Source: Patescibacteria group bacterium
GTDB taxonomy: Bacteria > Patescibacteriota > Minisyncoccia > Moranbacterales > UBA2206
NCBI GenBank assembly: GCA_030837625.1
Contig: JAUPKF010000001.1
Span: forward strand, 23,496-87,495
Length of the DNA: 64,000 nt
Direction: 5' to 3'
The notes beneath the pieces were generated by a model. The model was not told the origin of the DNA. It saw only the letters and a program-made list of their open reading frames with translations, and made no database searches. Of the stretch, positions 8,587 to 18,854 are shown piece by piece. The position numbers and the translations under genes were made by a program. Position 1 is the stretch's first letter. Every line of letters begins with the position of its first letter.

Positions 8587-10038
8587 ATGCGCGAAGATAT
8601 TCAAAAAACCAAACTGGAAAAGTTGGAAAAAATAAAAGCGGCCGGAATGGAGGCTTATCCCGAGAAGTGCGAGAGAACGATGGCGAACAGGGAAGTGTTG
8701 GAAAAATTTTCCAAGCTGGTCGGGAGCAAGGAGGAAATGACCTTGGTCGGGAGGGTAAAATCATATCGCCTTATGGGCAACATTGCTTTTTCGCATATCG
8801 AAGACGGAACGGAGAAAATTCAATTCTTTTTTAACAAGAAAATACTTGGAGAAGATAAGTTTAAATTGTTTGCCGATAGTGTTGAGATTGGTGATTTCAT
8901 ACAGGCGAGGGGCGTTCTTTTTGAAACCAAGGCTGGGGAAAAATCTTTGGAAGTGTGCGATTGGAAAATGTTGGCGAAAAACATCCGGCCGATTCCGACG
9001 GAACATTTCGGCCTGAAAGACGAAGAAGCACTTCTTCGAAAAAGATATCTGGATCTTATGATGAATCCGGAAACGCGGGAAATTTTTCGCAAGAAAAATG
9101 TCTTTTGGCAAACCATCCGCCAATTTTTGGCCGCGGAGGAATTTTTGGAAGTGCAAACTCCGGTGCTGGAGCATATTCCCGGCGGAGCGGACGCGGAACC
9201 GTTTGTGACGCACTATAACGCGCTGAACCAGGATTTTTATCTGCGGATTTCTTTAGAATTACCTCTGAAGCGTTTGTTGGTCGGCGGGTATGAAAAAGTT
9301 TTTGAAATCGGACGGGTTTTTCGCAATGAAGGCATGGACCGGGACCACTTGCAGGAATTTGACCATATGGAATTTTACGCTAGCTATTGGGATATGAAAA
9401 AAGGAATGGAATTTGCTCAGAATTTGTACAAAGAAATAGTTTTCAAAGTTACGGGCGGATATGAGCATGAGTTTGAAGGGGAGAAGATAGATTGGAGCGC
9501 GGATTTTCCGGTGGTGGATTATTTCACGGAATTTCAAAAAGAAACCGGAATAGACTTAAATGCGGACGTGTCCGTCGAAGCGCTTTGCGCGAAGGCGGAC
9601 GAACTTGGCATAAAATACGAAAAATCTTACAGCAAAGGCCGGATGATCGATACGCTTTACAAAAAAACCGTTCGCCAGAAACTCATCCAGCCGTGTTTTT
9701 TAGTCGGCCATCCTTTGGAAGTTTCGCCGCTGGCCAAAATCGATCCTGAAAATCCGAAAAAAGTTTTGCGTTTCCAAATTGTGGCGGGACGCGGAGAGCT
9801 CTGTAACGCTTTCTCCGAACTCAATGATCCAATCGACCAGAAAAATAGATTTCTGGAACAAATGAAAGCCAGGGAAGCCGGAGACGCCGAAGCGCAAATG
9901 ATGGATGAGGATTTTGTTGAAGCTTTGGAATACGGCATGCCGCCGGCATTTGGCTTTGGTATGAGCGAGCGTTTCTTCGCGTTCATTATGAACAAATCCG
10001 TCCGCGAGACAGTCATTTTCGCGGCGGTGAGGAAATAA
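8587..10038 (+). CDS. lysS: Lysyl-tRNA synthetase, class II.
   Basis: N-terminal OB-fold anticodon-binding domain. Class II motifs 'FLEVQTPVL', 'YLRISLELPLKRLLVGGYEKVFEIGRVFRNEG' and 'EFDHMEFY'. Confidence 0.95.
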   Translation: MREDIQKTKLEKLEKIKAAGMEAYPEKCERTMANREVLEKFSKLVGSKEEMTLVGRVKSYRLMGNIAFSHIEDGTEKIQFFFNKKILGEDKFKLFADSVEIGDFIQARGVLFETKAGEKSLEVCDWKMLAKNIRPIPTEHFGLKDEEALLRKRYLDLMMNPETREIFRKKNVFWQTIRQFLAAEEFLEVQTPVLEHIPGGADAEPFVTHYNALNQDFYLRISLELPLKRLLVGGYEKVFEIGRVFRNEGMDRDHLQEFDHMEFYASYWDMKKGMEFAQNLYKEIVFKVTGGYEHEFEGEKIDWSADFPVVDYFTEFQKETGIDLNADVSVEALCAKADELGIKYEKSYSKGRMIDTLYKKTVRQKLIQPCFLVGHPLEVSPLAKIDPENPKKVLRFQIVAGRGELCNAFSELNDPIDQKNRFLEQMKAREAGDAEAQMMDEDFVEALEYGMPPAFGFGMSERFFAFIMNKSVRETVIFAAVRK

Positions 10039-10049
10039 ACTCAAAAAAC

Positions 10050-10568
10050 ATGAAAAACAAAAAGCCGAAAAACTACGCCTTTATCGACAGCCAGAATTTG
10101 AATTTATCGGTGAAAAGATTAGGCTGGAAACTGGATTTTCGCCGTTTTAGAATTTATCTGAAAGAAAAGTATAACGTGAAAGTGGCCTATCTTTTTATCG
10201 GGTATTTATTGGAAAATCAAGATTTATACAATTCCCTTCAAAAATACGGATACGTTTTAGTTTTTAAGCCGACACTTAAGAACAAGGATGGGAAAGTGAA
10301 AGGAAACTGTGATGCGGAGCTTGTGCTACAGGCTATGATAGACTTTAATAATTACGAAAAAGCTATTCTTGTCAGCGGCGATGGAGATTTTCATTGTTTG
10401 GTGCACTATCTTGATCAAAAAAATAAACTGGAAAAAATTCTAATTCCGGATCAGTTTAATTATTCCGCCCTATTGAAAAAATTCGCTTCAAAGCTGGCAT
10501 TTTTGAATAATCTTAGGCAAAAGTTGGAGTATGAAAATAAAAAGCACCCGATAAGGACGAAACCTTAG
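10050..10568 (+). CDS. NYN-domain (LabA/DUF88-like, PIN-related) predicted RNase.
   Basis: 'AFIDSQNL', 'GNCDAELVLQAM' and 'AILVSGDGDF' match the NYN/LabA acidic catalytic motifs. Confidence 0.7.
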   Translation: MKNKKPKNYAFIDSQNLNLSVKRLGWKLDFRRFRIYLKEKYNVKVAYLFIGYLLENQDLYNSLQKYGYVLVFKPTLKNKDGKVKGNCDAELVLQAMIDFNNYEKAILVSGDGDFHCLVHYLDQKNKLEKILIPDQFNYSALLKKFASKLAFLNNLRQKLEYENKKHPIRTKP

Positions 10569-10831
10569 CGGGGTCTTTTTGTCGTAATTCTGCTTTGAGT
10601 ATAGCAGAATGACTGAAAATTGTCAAACGCCATGCTCACTATAAATACCTGACTCTGGTGGAAATATTTCAATGAAAAAACCGGCGTTGCTGGACGAAAA
10701 ATAGAAAAACGTGTAGGGTATGTTTTACGAATGAAAGATTTGGAATTTTAGGATAAAAAAATATAGAGGAATATGGTTTTGGGTGATGGGATTGTAGTAG
10801 TTCCTGAACAATTTGGATGTGGAGGTAAATT

Positions 10832-11269
10832 ATGGGAAAAGAAAAAGAAGGACTTATTCGACTGATCAAGGTCAGGGAAGATGGCAAGGAGGTGGACATA
10901 ACTCCGCCGCCGGTTCACGTCAATACGAGGCGATTGGGGAGTCATTTAGGAGAGCCGGCTAACTATTCTTCCGCGATGGCGGCTCACAGGATATTGAAAG
11001 CGGCTGAAGTTAGCGAGAAAAGAACGTATGCCTGTTTTGAAGCAGGTAGATCTTTGGGGACGCTTTCTGACGAGTGGCTTATTGACAAAATAGTCGCCAA
11101 GTATGGAGAAGGTGTTAGGCCGGCTGTTTTTGAAGTCATTTCGGCTTGGCGAATTGATCCAGAAAATTTCGGGAAAAACATTGGGCCATACGCGCGGATT
11201 ACGGAAAACATCCGCAAACACATTCAAGAGGACATAGCGGAAAGAAAGGAGAAGGACGATGCCGATTAA
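10832..11269 (+). CDS. Hypothetical protein. Its stop overlaps the start of the next ORF.
   Basis: ORF with an SD-like 'ggaggtaaatt' upstream. No family was recognised. GC is higher than in the flanking DNA. Confidence 0.45.
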   Translation: MGKEKEGLIRLIKVREDGKEVDITPPPVHVNTRRLGSHLGEPANYSSAMAAHRILKAAEVSEKRTYACFEAGRSLGTLSDEWLIDKIVAKYGEGVRPAVFEVISAWRIDPENFGKNIGPYARITENIRKHIQEDIAERKEKDDAD

Positions 11270-11678
11270 CGCTCTTTTGATTAAGGAAGCCAAGTTGTCC
11301 GTTGATTCCAAAGTGGCGATGATGGCAGGACTGCTTGACCCTGAACCAATTTCGAGGCCGGTTTTTATTCCAAGCTATAATCCCAATCCCGAAAGCGAGG
11401 ATATGGGACGGCCGGTAACGGCAGCTGAGGCACTTCAGGCGGAAAAAATTATGAATCTAGGCGAATGCTGCAAGGGCGGGAAGACTTGTTCTTGCGGCCT
11501 TGAGCAGAAGACTTTTTTCGAACTGCTCCTGGCCAAGGTGGCCAATGAGCGCGGACTCGGAGTTCCATTGAATGTAGTGTTTAAAGAGATCGAGGAGCGA
11601 TACGGCAGGAGCTCTGTCGCTTCAATCAAGCTCACGCTTGCGGCTGGTCAGGAGTGGCCGGCGCCACCCAGTTGCTAG
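11259..11678 (+). CDS. Hypothetical protein containing the Cys cluster 'CCKGGKTCSC'.
   Basis: ORF translationally coupled to the previous one. No family was recognised. Confidence 0.45.
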   Translation: MPINALLIKEAKLSVDSKVAMMAGLLDPEPISRPVFIPSYNPNPESEDMGRPVTAAEALQAEKIMNLGECCKGGKTCSCGLEQKTFFELLLAKVANERGLGVPLNVVFKEIEERYGRSSVASIKLTLAAGQEWPAPPSC

Positions 11679-11825
11679 CGGGAGAGAAGGCTAGTTGTGT
11701 AAATGTTTGGCCGGTTCGGGGGTTCCCCGCGCCGGCTTTTTTTATTGCTAAATTGCAAAATTGTTGCTAATATAAATTCAAGAAAAATAACAATTCGGCA
11801 ATGTAACCATTTAACAATTTTGCTT

Positions 11826-13103
11826 ATGCTCGATATCAAATACATTCGCGATAACGCGGAGGCGGTGAAAAAAAATTGCGAACTACGAAATATCAAATGC
11901 GATATTGGTCGACTTTTGATATTGGACGAAAAAAGGCGAAGCCTTTTGACTTATACGGAAGAACTAAACGCCGAAAAGAATAAACTGAATGAATTGATTC
12001 AGATGTCCAAGGATGCCGAGCGAAAAACTTTGATCGAACAAGGGAAAGCGGTGAAAGAAAAACTGGAAATAACCAAGCCGGAAATGGAGGAAGTGGAAAA
12101 AGAATATAAAATTTTGCTTTTACAAGTGTCGAATATGACTCATCCGGATTCTCCAATTGGCAAAGACGACAATGAAAATAAGGAAATTGAAAGATACGGC
12201 GAACCACCAAAGTTTGATTTCGAGCCGAAAGGGCACGAAGAATTGATGACAGCGCTGGATATAATCGATTTTGAACGAGGCGCCAAAGTGGCCGGATCGA
12301 AGTTCTATTTCTTGAAAAACGAGGGAGTAATGTTGGAGCTGGCACTTACTCAGTTTGCTTTCAATAAGCTTATCCAAAAAGGCTTTACGCCTTTTGCCAC
12401 GCCGGACTTGGCCAAAGACAAAGTTTTGTTGGGAATTGGGTATAATCCGCGCGGAGCGGAAACGCAAATTTACAGCGTGGAAAATACGGATTTAAACTTG
12501 GTAGGGACGGCGGAAATCACTATGGGCGGGTATCATATGGACGAAACAATCCCGGAAGACAAACTGCCTTTAAAATATGCGGCGTTGTCTCATTGCTATC
12601 GCACCGAAGCCGGCTCGTACGGACGCCACAGCGCCGGACTTTATCGCGTTCATCAATTTACTAAAATCGAAATGTTTGCTTACACGACACCGGAAACATC
12701 GGAAGCGATGCACACGGAGCTGAAAAATATCGAAGTGGAAATTTTCAAAGATTTGGGCGTGCCTTTTCGAGTGGTGGATATTTGCACCGGCGATCTCGGC
12801 GGCCCGGCTCAACGGAAGTATGATTTGGAAGCTTGGATGACTTCCCGCGACGGTTGGGGAGAAGTGACTTCGACTTCCGACACGACCACTTATCAAGCCA
12901 GACGATTGAATGTCAAAGTCGAGCGGCGTGACGGCAAAAAAGAATTCTTGCATATGCTCAACGGAACCGCCATCGCGGTTTCCCGCGCGCTTATCGCCAT
13001 CATCGAAAATTACCAGCAGGAAGACGGCAGCGTAAAAATTCCGGAGGTCTTGAAAAAATATATGCCGGAGGGGATGGAGGTTATCAAAAAGAAATGTAAA
13101 TGA
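11826..13103 (+). CDS. serS: Seryl-tRNA synthetase.
   Basis: ATG at 11826 ('MLDIKYIRDN'). Has the N-terminal coiled-coil arm and class II motifs ('HCYRTEAGSYGRHSAGLYRVHQFTKIE', 'GTAIAVSRALIAIIENYQ'). Confidence 0.95.
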   Translation: MLDIKYIRDNAEAVKKNCELRNIKCDIGRLLILDEKRRSLLTYTEELNAEKNKLNELIQMSKDAERKTLIEQGKAVKEKLEITKPEMEEVEKEYKILLLQVSNMTHPDSPIGKDDNENKEIERYGEPPKFDFEPKGHEELMTALDIIDFERGAKVAGSKFYFLKNEGVMLELALTQFAFNKLIQKGFTPFATPDLAKDKVLLGIGYNPRGAETQIYSVENTDLNLVGTAEITMGGYHMDETIPEDKLPLKYAALSHCYRTEAGSYGRHSAGLYRVHQFTKIEMFAYTTPETSEAMHTELKNIEVEIFKDLGVPFRVVDICTGDLGGPAQRKYDLEAWMTSRDGWGEVTSTSDTTTYQARRLNVKVERRDGKKEFLHMLNGTAIAVSRALIAIIENYQQEDGSVKIPEVLKKYMPEGMEVIKKKCK

Positions 13104-13654
13104 AAAAACAAACACTAATACCCATAGAGTCTATCCAGCAGAAAATTTATTTTATCCGCGGGGAAAAAGTGATGTTTGACCGTGATTTGGCGGTGCTTTA
13201 TGGGGTTACTACTGGGAATTTAAACAAGGCTGTCAAGAGAAACATAAAACGTTTCCCATTTGATTTCATGTTTCAACTTAACAAAAAAGAAGCAGGCGTG
13301 TTTTCAAGATTCCAGATTGGAAGCTTGAACGACGGTGAATCTTCAAGGTCACAAATTGTGACCTTGAAAAGAGGTTACAATATTAAATATGCCCCTTATG
13401 TTTTTACCGAACAGGGCATTGCGATGCTTTCGAGCGTCCTTAACAGCGAGCGGGCGATACAGGTTAACATTCAGATAATGCGCATTTTTACAAGTCTTAG
13501 GAAAATGTTGATGACTCACAAGGAACTGAAAACAAAAATCGAGGCGATGGAGAAAAAATATGACAAAAAATTCGCCATTGTTTTCGAAACGATAAAACTG
13601 CTTTTGAAAGAAGACGCCAAGCCGAAAAAACAGATAGGTTTTAAGTGTGGTTAA
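13100..13654 (+). CDS. ORF6N-domain protein (phage antirepressor-associated DNA-binding domain family).
   Basis: 'IRGEKVMFDRDLAVLYGVTTGNLNKAVKRNIKRFPFDFMFQL ... YAPYVFTEQGIAMLSSVL' matches the ORF6N domain. The start overlaps the serS stop (ATGA). Confidence 0.7.
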   Translation: MKKQTLIPIESIQQKIYFIRGEKVMFDRDLAVLYGVTTGNLNKAVKRNIKRFPFDFMFQLNKKEAGVFSRFQIGSLNDGESSRSQIVTLKRGYNIKYAPYVFTEQGIAMLSSVLNSERAIQVNIQIMRIFTSLRKMLMTHKELKTKIEAMEKKYDKKFAIVFETIKLLLKEDAKPKKQIGFKCG

Positions 13655-14321
13655 AAAATTAATAAAAAAACAGATGACAAACATGTGGAAAGTTGCCGTT
13701 TTGGCGGCGGGAGTGGTTCTTCTCGCGGGGTGCGGGAATAAAGGGGCAAACAATCAGCCGGAAGCTAGAAGCGGTCCGGACGAGAAAGCGCCTGTAGAAA
13801 ACGTTCAGAAACCGGGCGGAATGATCAGTTCCATCAAAGACGCGATGGGGCTGGGGACTGCGATGAAATGTACTTACACGGACACGTTTGACGGAAAGAC
13901 TTATGTCTCCGAGGCGTATGTCAAAGGGGACAATTACAAATCGGCCAACGAAGTGGATGGGAAAAAAATGAATTCGCTTTTTGACGGAAAAGTTATTTAT
14001 TCTTGGACGGAGGGAGAGAAAAAGGGAACGAAGATGGAAGCGAAGTGTTTTGAGGATATGCCAAAGCCGGAAGAAAAAGCGGACAGCGATTCTGCCGCGC
14101 CAATCGAAGAGAAAAGCCCGGAAGACGAGTTTGAAAACGCCATGGACGTGAAATGCGAACCGGCTGGCGGAGTGGATTTCAATCCCCCAACGGACGTTGT
14201 TTTCGAAGACCAATGCGAGATGATGAAAAATCTTATGAAGAATATTCCCGCTAATGTTCCCGGTATGCCCGAAAATATTCCGCAAAATATGAATATTCCG
14301 AATATGAACATTCCGGAATAA
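13647..14321 (+). CDS. Putative lipoprotein with an acidic, Asn/Pro-repeat C-terminus.
   Basis: Signal peptide with the lipobox 'VLLAGCGNK'. The tail is 'NMNIPNMNIPE'. The start is probably the internal Met near 13674. Confidence 0.55.
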   Translation: MVKKLIKKQMTNMWKVAVLAAGVVLLAGCGNKGANNQPEARSGPDEKAPVENVQKPGGMISSIKDAMGLGTAMKCTYTDTFDGKTYVSEAYVKGDNYKSANEVDGKKMNSLFDGKVIYSWTEGEKKGTKMEAKCFEDMPKPEEKADSDSAAPIEEKSPEDEFENAMDVKCEPAGGVDFNPPTDVVFEDQCEMMKNLMKNIPANVPGMPENIPQNMNIPNMNIPE

Positions 14322-14407
14322 GGGAAAGTAAAAAATCTATTTCTTTATGGCAAAAAAGTTAAAATTTCCGGAAGGGCTTGTCCCGTAGGAAAAGTTAATC
14401 GCGCAAA

Positions 14408-15649
14408 ATGGAAAAAGAAAAACCGGATAATACGCAAGAATCTTATAATATTGGCCGAAAAAAAGTTCTAACTTTTCCTGCGGGGTTTCTTTGGGGCGCG
14501 GGCTTGTCGTCCCACCAGGCTGAGGGTGGCAATACTAAGAATGACTGGTATTTTTGGGAGAAAAATAGCAGGAAAGTGAAGGAAGAGTCAGGGGCAGCTT
14601 GTGATTATTGGAACAGATATGAAGAAGATCATAAGATGGCTGGCAGAATGAATTTAAATTCTCTCAGGATATCCTTGGAGTGGTCAAGAATCGAGCCAGA
14701 GGAAGGAGAGTTTGACGATGAAGCGATTGAACATTACCGGAAAATGCTTATCGATATGAAAGCCAATGGGCTTAGGCGCGTGGTTACGCTTCATCACTAT
14801 ACTGTTCCATTGTGGTTTTTTCAGAGGTACGGATGGCATAAAAAAGATTCTGTCAGACTTTTTTCTCGTTATGCCGAGAAGGTGATCAGTGAGTTGGGGG
14901 GTGAGATCGAAATTATAGTCACTATAAACGAGCCAAGACTGGTTGTGAACCGGGGATATCTAGTAGCTGATCGTCCGCCAGGAAAAAGGAATCCTTTCTT
15001 ATTTTGGAAAGCGCGAAAAAACTTGGTAGAAGCGCATAAGAAGGCCTACACAGTCATGAAAAATATATTTCCTGATTTGCCGGTTGGTATAACCCAGTTT
15101 ACTAATGATTTTGATTATTTCGGAAAAGGACGATGGCAGAATTGGTTGACAGAAAGGATAGAGAATTTTTATAACTGGCATTTTTTTGATGAGATTGGGG
15201 ACAAGCAGGATTTTATCGGGGTAAACTATTATTATGGAGCGAAGGTCAGGCTCGGGTATCCTTTTTATGAGTTAGCGACCTACGAAAAAAAAGTGACGGA
15301 TATGGGTTGGGGGATGATGCCAGAGGGAATTTATGAGATTATCATGGATGCCTGGGAAAGATATAAAAAGCCGATCTATATACTAGAGAATGGAATTGCT
15401 GACAGCGAAGATAGATACAGGGCTGAATTTATATGTGGTCACATAAGGGCTGTTCATAAGGCAGTTAAAAAAGGCGCTGATGTCCGCGGATATTTTTATT
15501 GGTCTTTTTTGGACAACTATGAATGGAACGCTGGGTACTCGATGCGGTTTGGGCTTGTCGAAGTGGACTACAAAACCCAAGTCCGGACGATTAGAAAGAG
15601 CGCGCTGGAATATGCCAAGATTTGCAGGAGCAATGAGTTGGAAATATAA
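14408..15649 (+). CDS. Glycoside hydrolase family 1 beta-glucosidase/beta-galactosidase.
   Basis: GH1 N-terminal signature 'FLWGAGLSSHQAEGG'. Acid/base motif 'TINEP' and nucleophile motif 'YILENGIAD'. Confidence 0.9.
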   Translation: MEKEKPDNTQESYNIGRKKVLTFPAGFLWGAGLSSHQAEGGNTKNDWYFWEKNSRKVKEESGAACDYWNRYEEDHKMAGRMNLNSLRISLEWSRIEPEEGEFDDEAIEHYRKMLIDMKANGLRRVVTLHHYTVPLWFFQRYGWHKKDSVRLFSRYAEKVISELGGEIEIIVTINEPRLVVNRGYLVADRPPGKRNPFLFWKARKNLVEAHKKAYTVMKNIFPDLPVGITQFTNDFDYFGKGRWQNWLTERIENFYNWHFFDEIGDKQDFIGVNYYYGAKVRLGYPFYELATYEKKVTDMGWGMMPEGIYEIIMDAWERYKKPIYILENGIADSEDRYRAEFICGHIRAVHKAVKKGADVRGYFYWSFLDNYEWNAGYSMRFGLVEVDYKTQVRTIRKSALEYAKICRSNELEI

Positions 15650-15715
15650 AAATGAACTTGGAGTGGGCAGAAACTGACAATTTGACACCTTGCTTTAAAA
15701 TGGTAAAATTGACCT

Positions 15716-16021
15716 ATGGAAAAGAGCAATAAAAATAAAGATTACGAGTTTATGCTTTTGGAACGTCTCGAAAGCAAACTGGACACCCTCATTGAAGGGC
15801 AGAAAATGATGGAAGATGAGCATAGTGAAATGAAAGAAAAAATTGAAAAGATTGACTTGCTTGTGGAAGATATGGACTTTGTAAAAGGAGAGATAGTGGA
15901 GATTAGAAACAGGTTCAGAGAAATGGACAAGGAATTGGCTGAAAAGGCGGATAAAGACGTGACAGTTAATCACGAAACCAGGATAATTCGGTTGGAAAGT
16001 TCAGCTTTGGCGGAAGCTTGA
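15716..16021 (+). CDS. Hypothetical coiled-coil protein.
   Basis: ORF only. Glu/Lys-rich, with heptad pattern. Confidence 0.35.
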   Translation: MEKSNKNKDYEFMLLERLESKLDTLIEGQKMMEDEHSEMKEKIEKIDLLVEDMDFVKGEIVEIRNRFREMDKELAEKADKDVTVNHETRIIRLESSALAEA

Positions 16022-16045
16022 CAGCATTTATATATTTGCTACAAT
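16018..16045 (+). promoter_or_regulatory. Consensus sigma70 promoter: TTGACA (16018-16023), 16-nt spacer, TACAAT (16040-16045). It is about 430 nt upstream of the mature 16S 5' end and is the candidate rRNA promoter.
   Basis: Read directly from 'ttgacagcatttatatatttgctacaat'. The leader between it and the 16S gene contains several hairpins ('gtcccgcttcggcgggac', 'gatttcgtggccaaatc...gatttggacgaaatc'). Confidence 0.5.
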
Positions 16046-16483
16046 AGTCAGTACGAGTTGCAGCATGCGAATAGCGCACTACGAACGCGCCCATGCGAAT
16101 AATAATTATTGAAAAAACAGCAGTAATTAAAAAGCGACACAACCTTTGAAAACACTTGTAACAAAAATACATCTTTGCGTGTAATATGATTGCATGCAGG
16201 GATGTGTTTTTTTGCTTGCCCCGTGCGAGCGTAGCGAGTTTACGGGGTTCGTGAAAGGCAAGAACTTTGACAATTTAATGAAATATAGTCTAAATCTTTA
16301 TTGGTTCGAGATCCCTCGACTCGTCCGACGATTACGTCGAACTCGCTCGGGATGTGATTTCGTGGCCAAATCAAAGATTTGGACGAAATCACAATTTTTT
16401 GCGATTAGTCCTCGTCCCGCTTCGGCGGGACAAATAGAGTCTATTCAAAATCAAGAATTTATATTCTTTATATAACATTTTTT

Positions 16484-16523
<40 letters not shown>

Positions 16524-16977
16524 GATAAGGCATGCAAGTCGCATGGGTTAGACCCATGGCAAACGGGTTAGTAATACATAGGAACGTACCCCTAAGTCGT
16601 GAATAACCTGGAGAAATCCAGGATAATACACGATATGTTCTACGGAATAAAGATTTACCCCGCACCAAATGCTTGTGCAATTTGGTTGCGACTAAATGTT
16701 AAAGTTGTACTTTTGAAGTACGAACATTTGGTGCGGGGTTTATCGCTTAGGGAGCGGCCTGTGTCCTATCAGCTTGTTGGTGAGGTAAAGGCTCACCAAG
16801 GCTATGACGGGTAGGGGGCGTGAGAGCGTGACCCCCAACATTGGAACTGAGACACTGTCCAAACACCTACGGGTGGCTGCAGTCGAGAATATTCCACAAT
16901 GGACGAAAGTCTGATGGAGCGACGCCGCGTGCGGGAAGAAGGCCCTTGGGTTGTAAACCGCTTTTAATCGGGAAGAA

Positions 16978-17337
16978 ATTGTGTCTCACTATTGTTTGGT
17001 GAAAAAATGTTATGTTTCTTTTTATCTTTTTGATTGAGAGGAGGTAAAAGATGAGCTTGTCAGGAAATTATATTTATGAGGTTCAAGCAGAATATCCTGT
17101 CGAATGCTACACTTGTTCCGGCAGAGAGGACAAGGATGAATGTAGAAAAAGGCGACGAGAAACCCAGCTCAAAATACGTGACAGCTTCATTTTTGTTCCC
17201 AAGAGAGAATGCTCTTGCCGGGCAAAACTTCCGTATCCCCTTCATAAAGGAGAGTAGCGATGCGGGATTGCGGAACCTCGCGGTCTCGCAATCTCAATTC
17301 TTAAAGTAAAAATTACAAAACAATAGTGAGGCACAAT
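16978..17337 (+). other. Intervening sequence 1 in the 16S gene, about 360 bp, in the V3 region (E. coli roughly 455-480). It is bracketed by a 17-nt inverted repeat and contains a 68-aa Cys-rich ORF at 17051-17257.
   Basis: Conserved 16S sequence stops at 'gggaagaa' and resumes at 'ttgacggtaccg'. The insert begins 'attgtgtctcactattg' and ends 'caatagtgaggcacaat', which are exact reverse complements. The internal ORF 'MSLSGNYIYEVQAEYPVECYTCSGREDKDEC...' has a plausible 'gaggaggtaaaagATG' ribosome-binding site. Confidence 0.7.
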
Positions 17338-18008
17338 TTGACGGTACCGATTGAATAAGAGGTTGCTAACTCTGTGCCAGCAGCAGCGGTAATACAGAGA
17401 CCTCAAGCGTTATCCGGATTTATTGGGCGTAAAGAGCATGTAGGCGGATATGTTAGTCAGACGTCAAATCTTCGAGCTTAACTCGAAAACTGCGTTTGAA
17501 ACGGCATATCTTGAGGAAGTGAGAGATCAATGGAACGTATGGTGTAGCAGTGAAATGCGTTGATATCATACGGAACACCAAAGGCGAAGGCATTTGATTG
17601 GCACTTTTCTGACGCTGAGATGCGAAAGCGTGGGTAGCGAATGGGATTAGATACCCCAGTAGTCCACGCCGTAAACGATGCATACTAGGTATTAGGAGAA
17701 TCGACCCTCCTAGTGTCCAAGCTAACGCGATAAGTATGCCGCCTGGGAAGTACGAGCGCAAGCTTAAAACTCAAAGGAATAGACGGGGATCCGCACAAGT
17801 GGTGGAGCATGTGGTTTAATTCGACACTAAGCGAGGAACCTCACCAGGGCTTGAAACCTAGCTGCATTGTATGGAAACATACAAGCCTTCGAGGGTGCTA
17901 GGCAGGCGTTGCACGGTCGTCGTCAGCTCGTGCCGTAAGGTGTTCTGTTAAGTCAGGAAACGAGCGCAACCCCTATCGCGTGTTACAAGTGTCACGCGAG
18001 ACTGCCCA

Positions 18009-18133
18009 GAACTTTGGGCGTTAGCCCAAAGTAGTAGCATGTATCATGTAGAATGTATTATGTATGCAATTTTATACATTATACTTCCTACAAAATACTT
18101 TATACTACTTTGTGAGCGATAGCGAACAAAGTT
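18009..18133 (+). other. Intervening sequence 2 in the 16S gene, about 125 bp, between the 'gagactgcccag' and 'tgggaggaaggcgggg' blocks (E. coli roughly 1130-1140).
   Basis: AT-rich insert flanked by the inverted repeat 'gaactttg' ... 'caaagttc'. The insert opens with its own hairpin 'ctttgggcgttagcccaaag'. Confidence 0.6.
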
Positions 18134-18854
18134 CTGGGAGGAAGGCGGGGATGACGTCAGATCAGCGTGGCCCTTTGACGCCCTGGGCAACACACGTGCT
18201 ACAATGGCCGAGACAAAGGGTTGCCAAGCCGCAAGGCGGAGCTAATCCCAAAAACTCGGTCTCAGTTCGGATTGAGGTCTGCAACTCGACCTCATGAAGC
18301 CGGAATCACTAGTAATCGTGAATCAGCTATGTCACGGTGAATACGTTCTCGGATCTTGTACTCACCGCCCGTCATACCAAGAGAGTCGGTAATACCCGAA
18401 GATCACGTTTCAAAGCGTGAGCCACGGTAGGATCGATAATAAGGGTAAAGTCGTAACAAGGCATCCGTAGGGGAACCTGTGGATGGATCACCTCCTTTCT
18501 AGGGAGAATTTGGTAATAACCGAGAGTACTTCACGTTAAGACGCATAGGGTCAAACCTAGCGTTGTGAAGTATGGTTGTTATCCGCTGGTCGACCCCGAT
18601 GCAAATCGGGGAACAGCAATGCCTAACAGAGCTAACAGAATCTGTAGTAAGTTTTGTACAGCTTACGGTAAACTCTTATAGGACTAATCGCAAAAAATTG
18701 GGATACTATAAAATGAAAACACCTTGAATGGTGTTTTTGTCGTTTTCTCCTTGGGAATGGTTCATTCGGTTGACTGACCTGGCATAAAAATGTTAGCTTT
18801 TAGTTGGGCAGAACTTTGACATATAAATGCGTTATTAGATGAGGGAGGCAGTTT

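Noticed and set aside
16300-16335. tRNA-like T-arm motif 'ggttcgagatccc' upstream of the 16S gene.
   Set aside because: The surrounding sequence cannot be folded into acceptor, D and anticodon arms. No tRNA gene was recognised anywhere in the window.
18501-18850. Expected 23S rRNA gene or spacer tRNAs downstream of the 16S gene.
   Set aside because: The sequence lacks any 23S 5' signature and runs directly into protein-coding ORFs. The conclusion is that rrs is unlinked from rrl.
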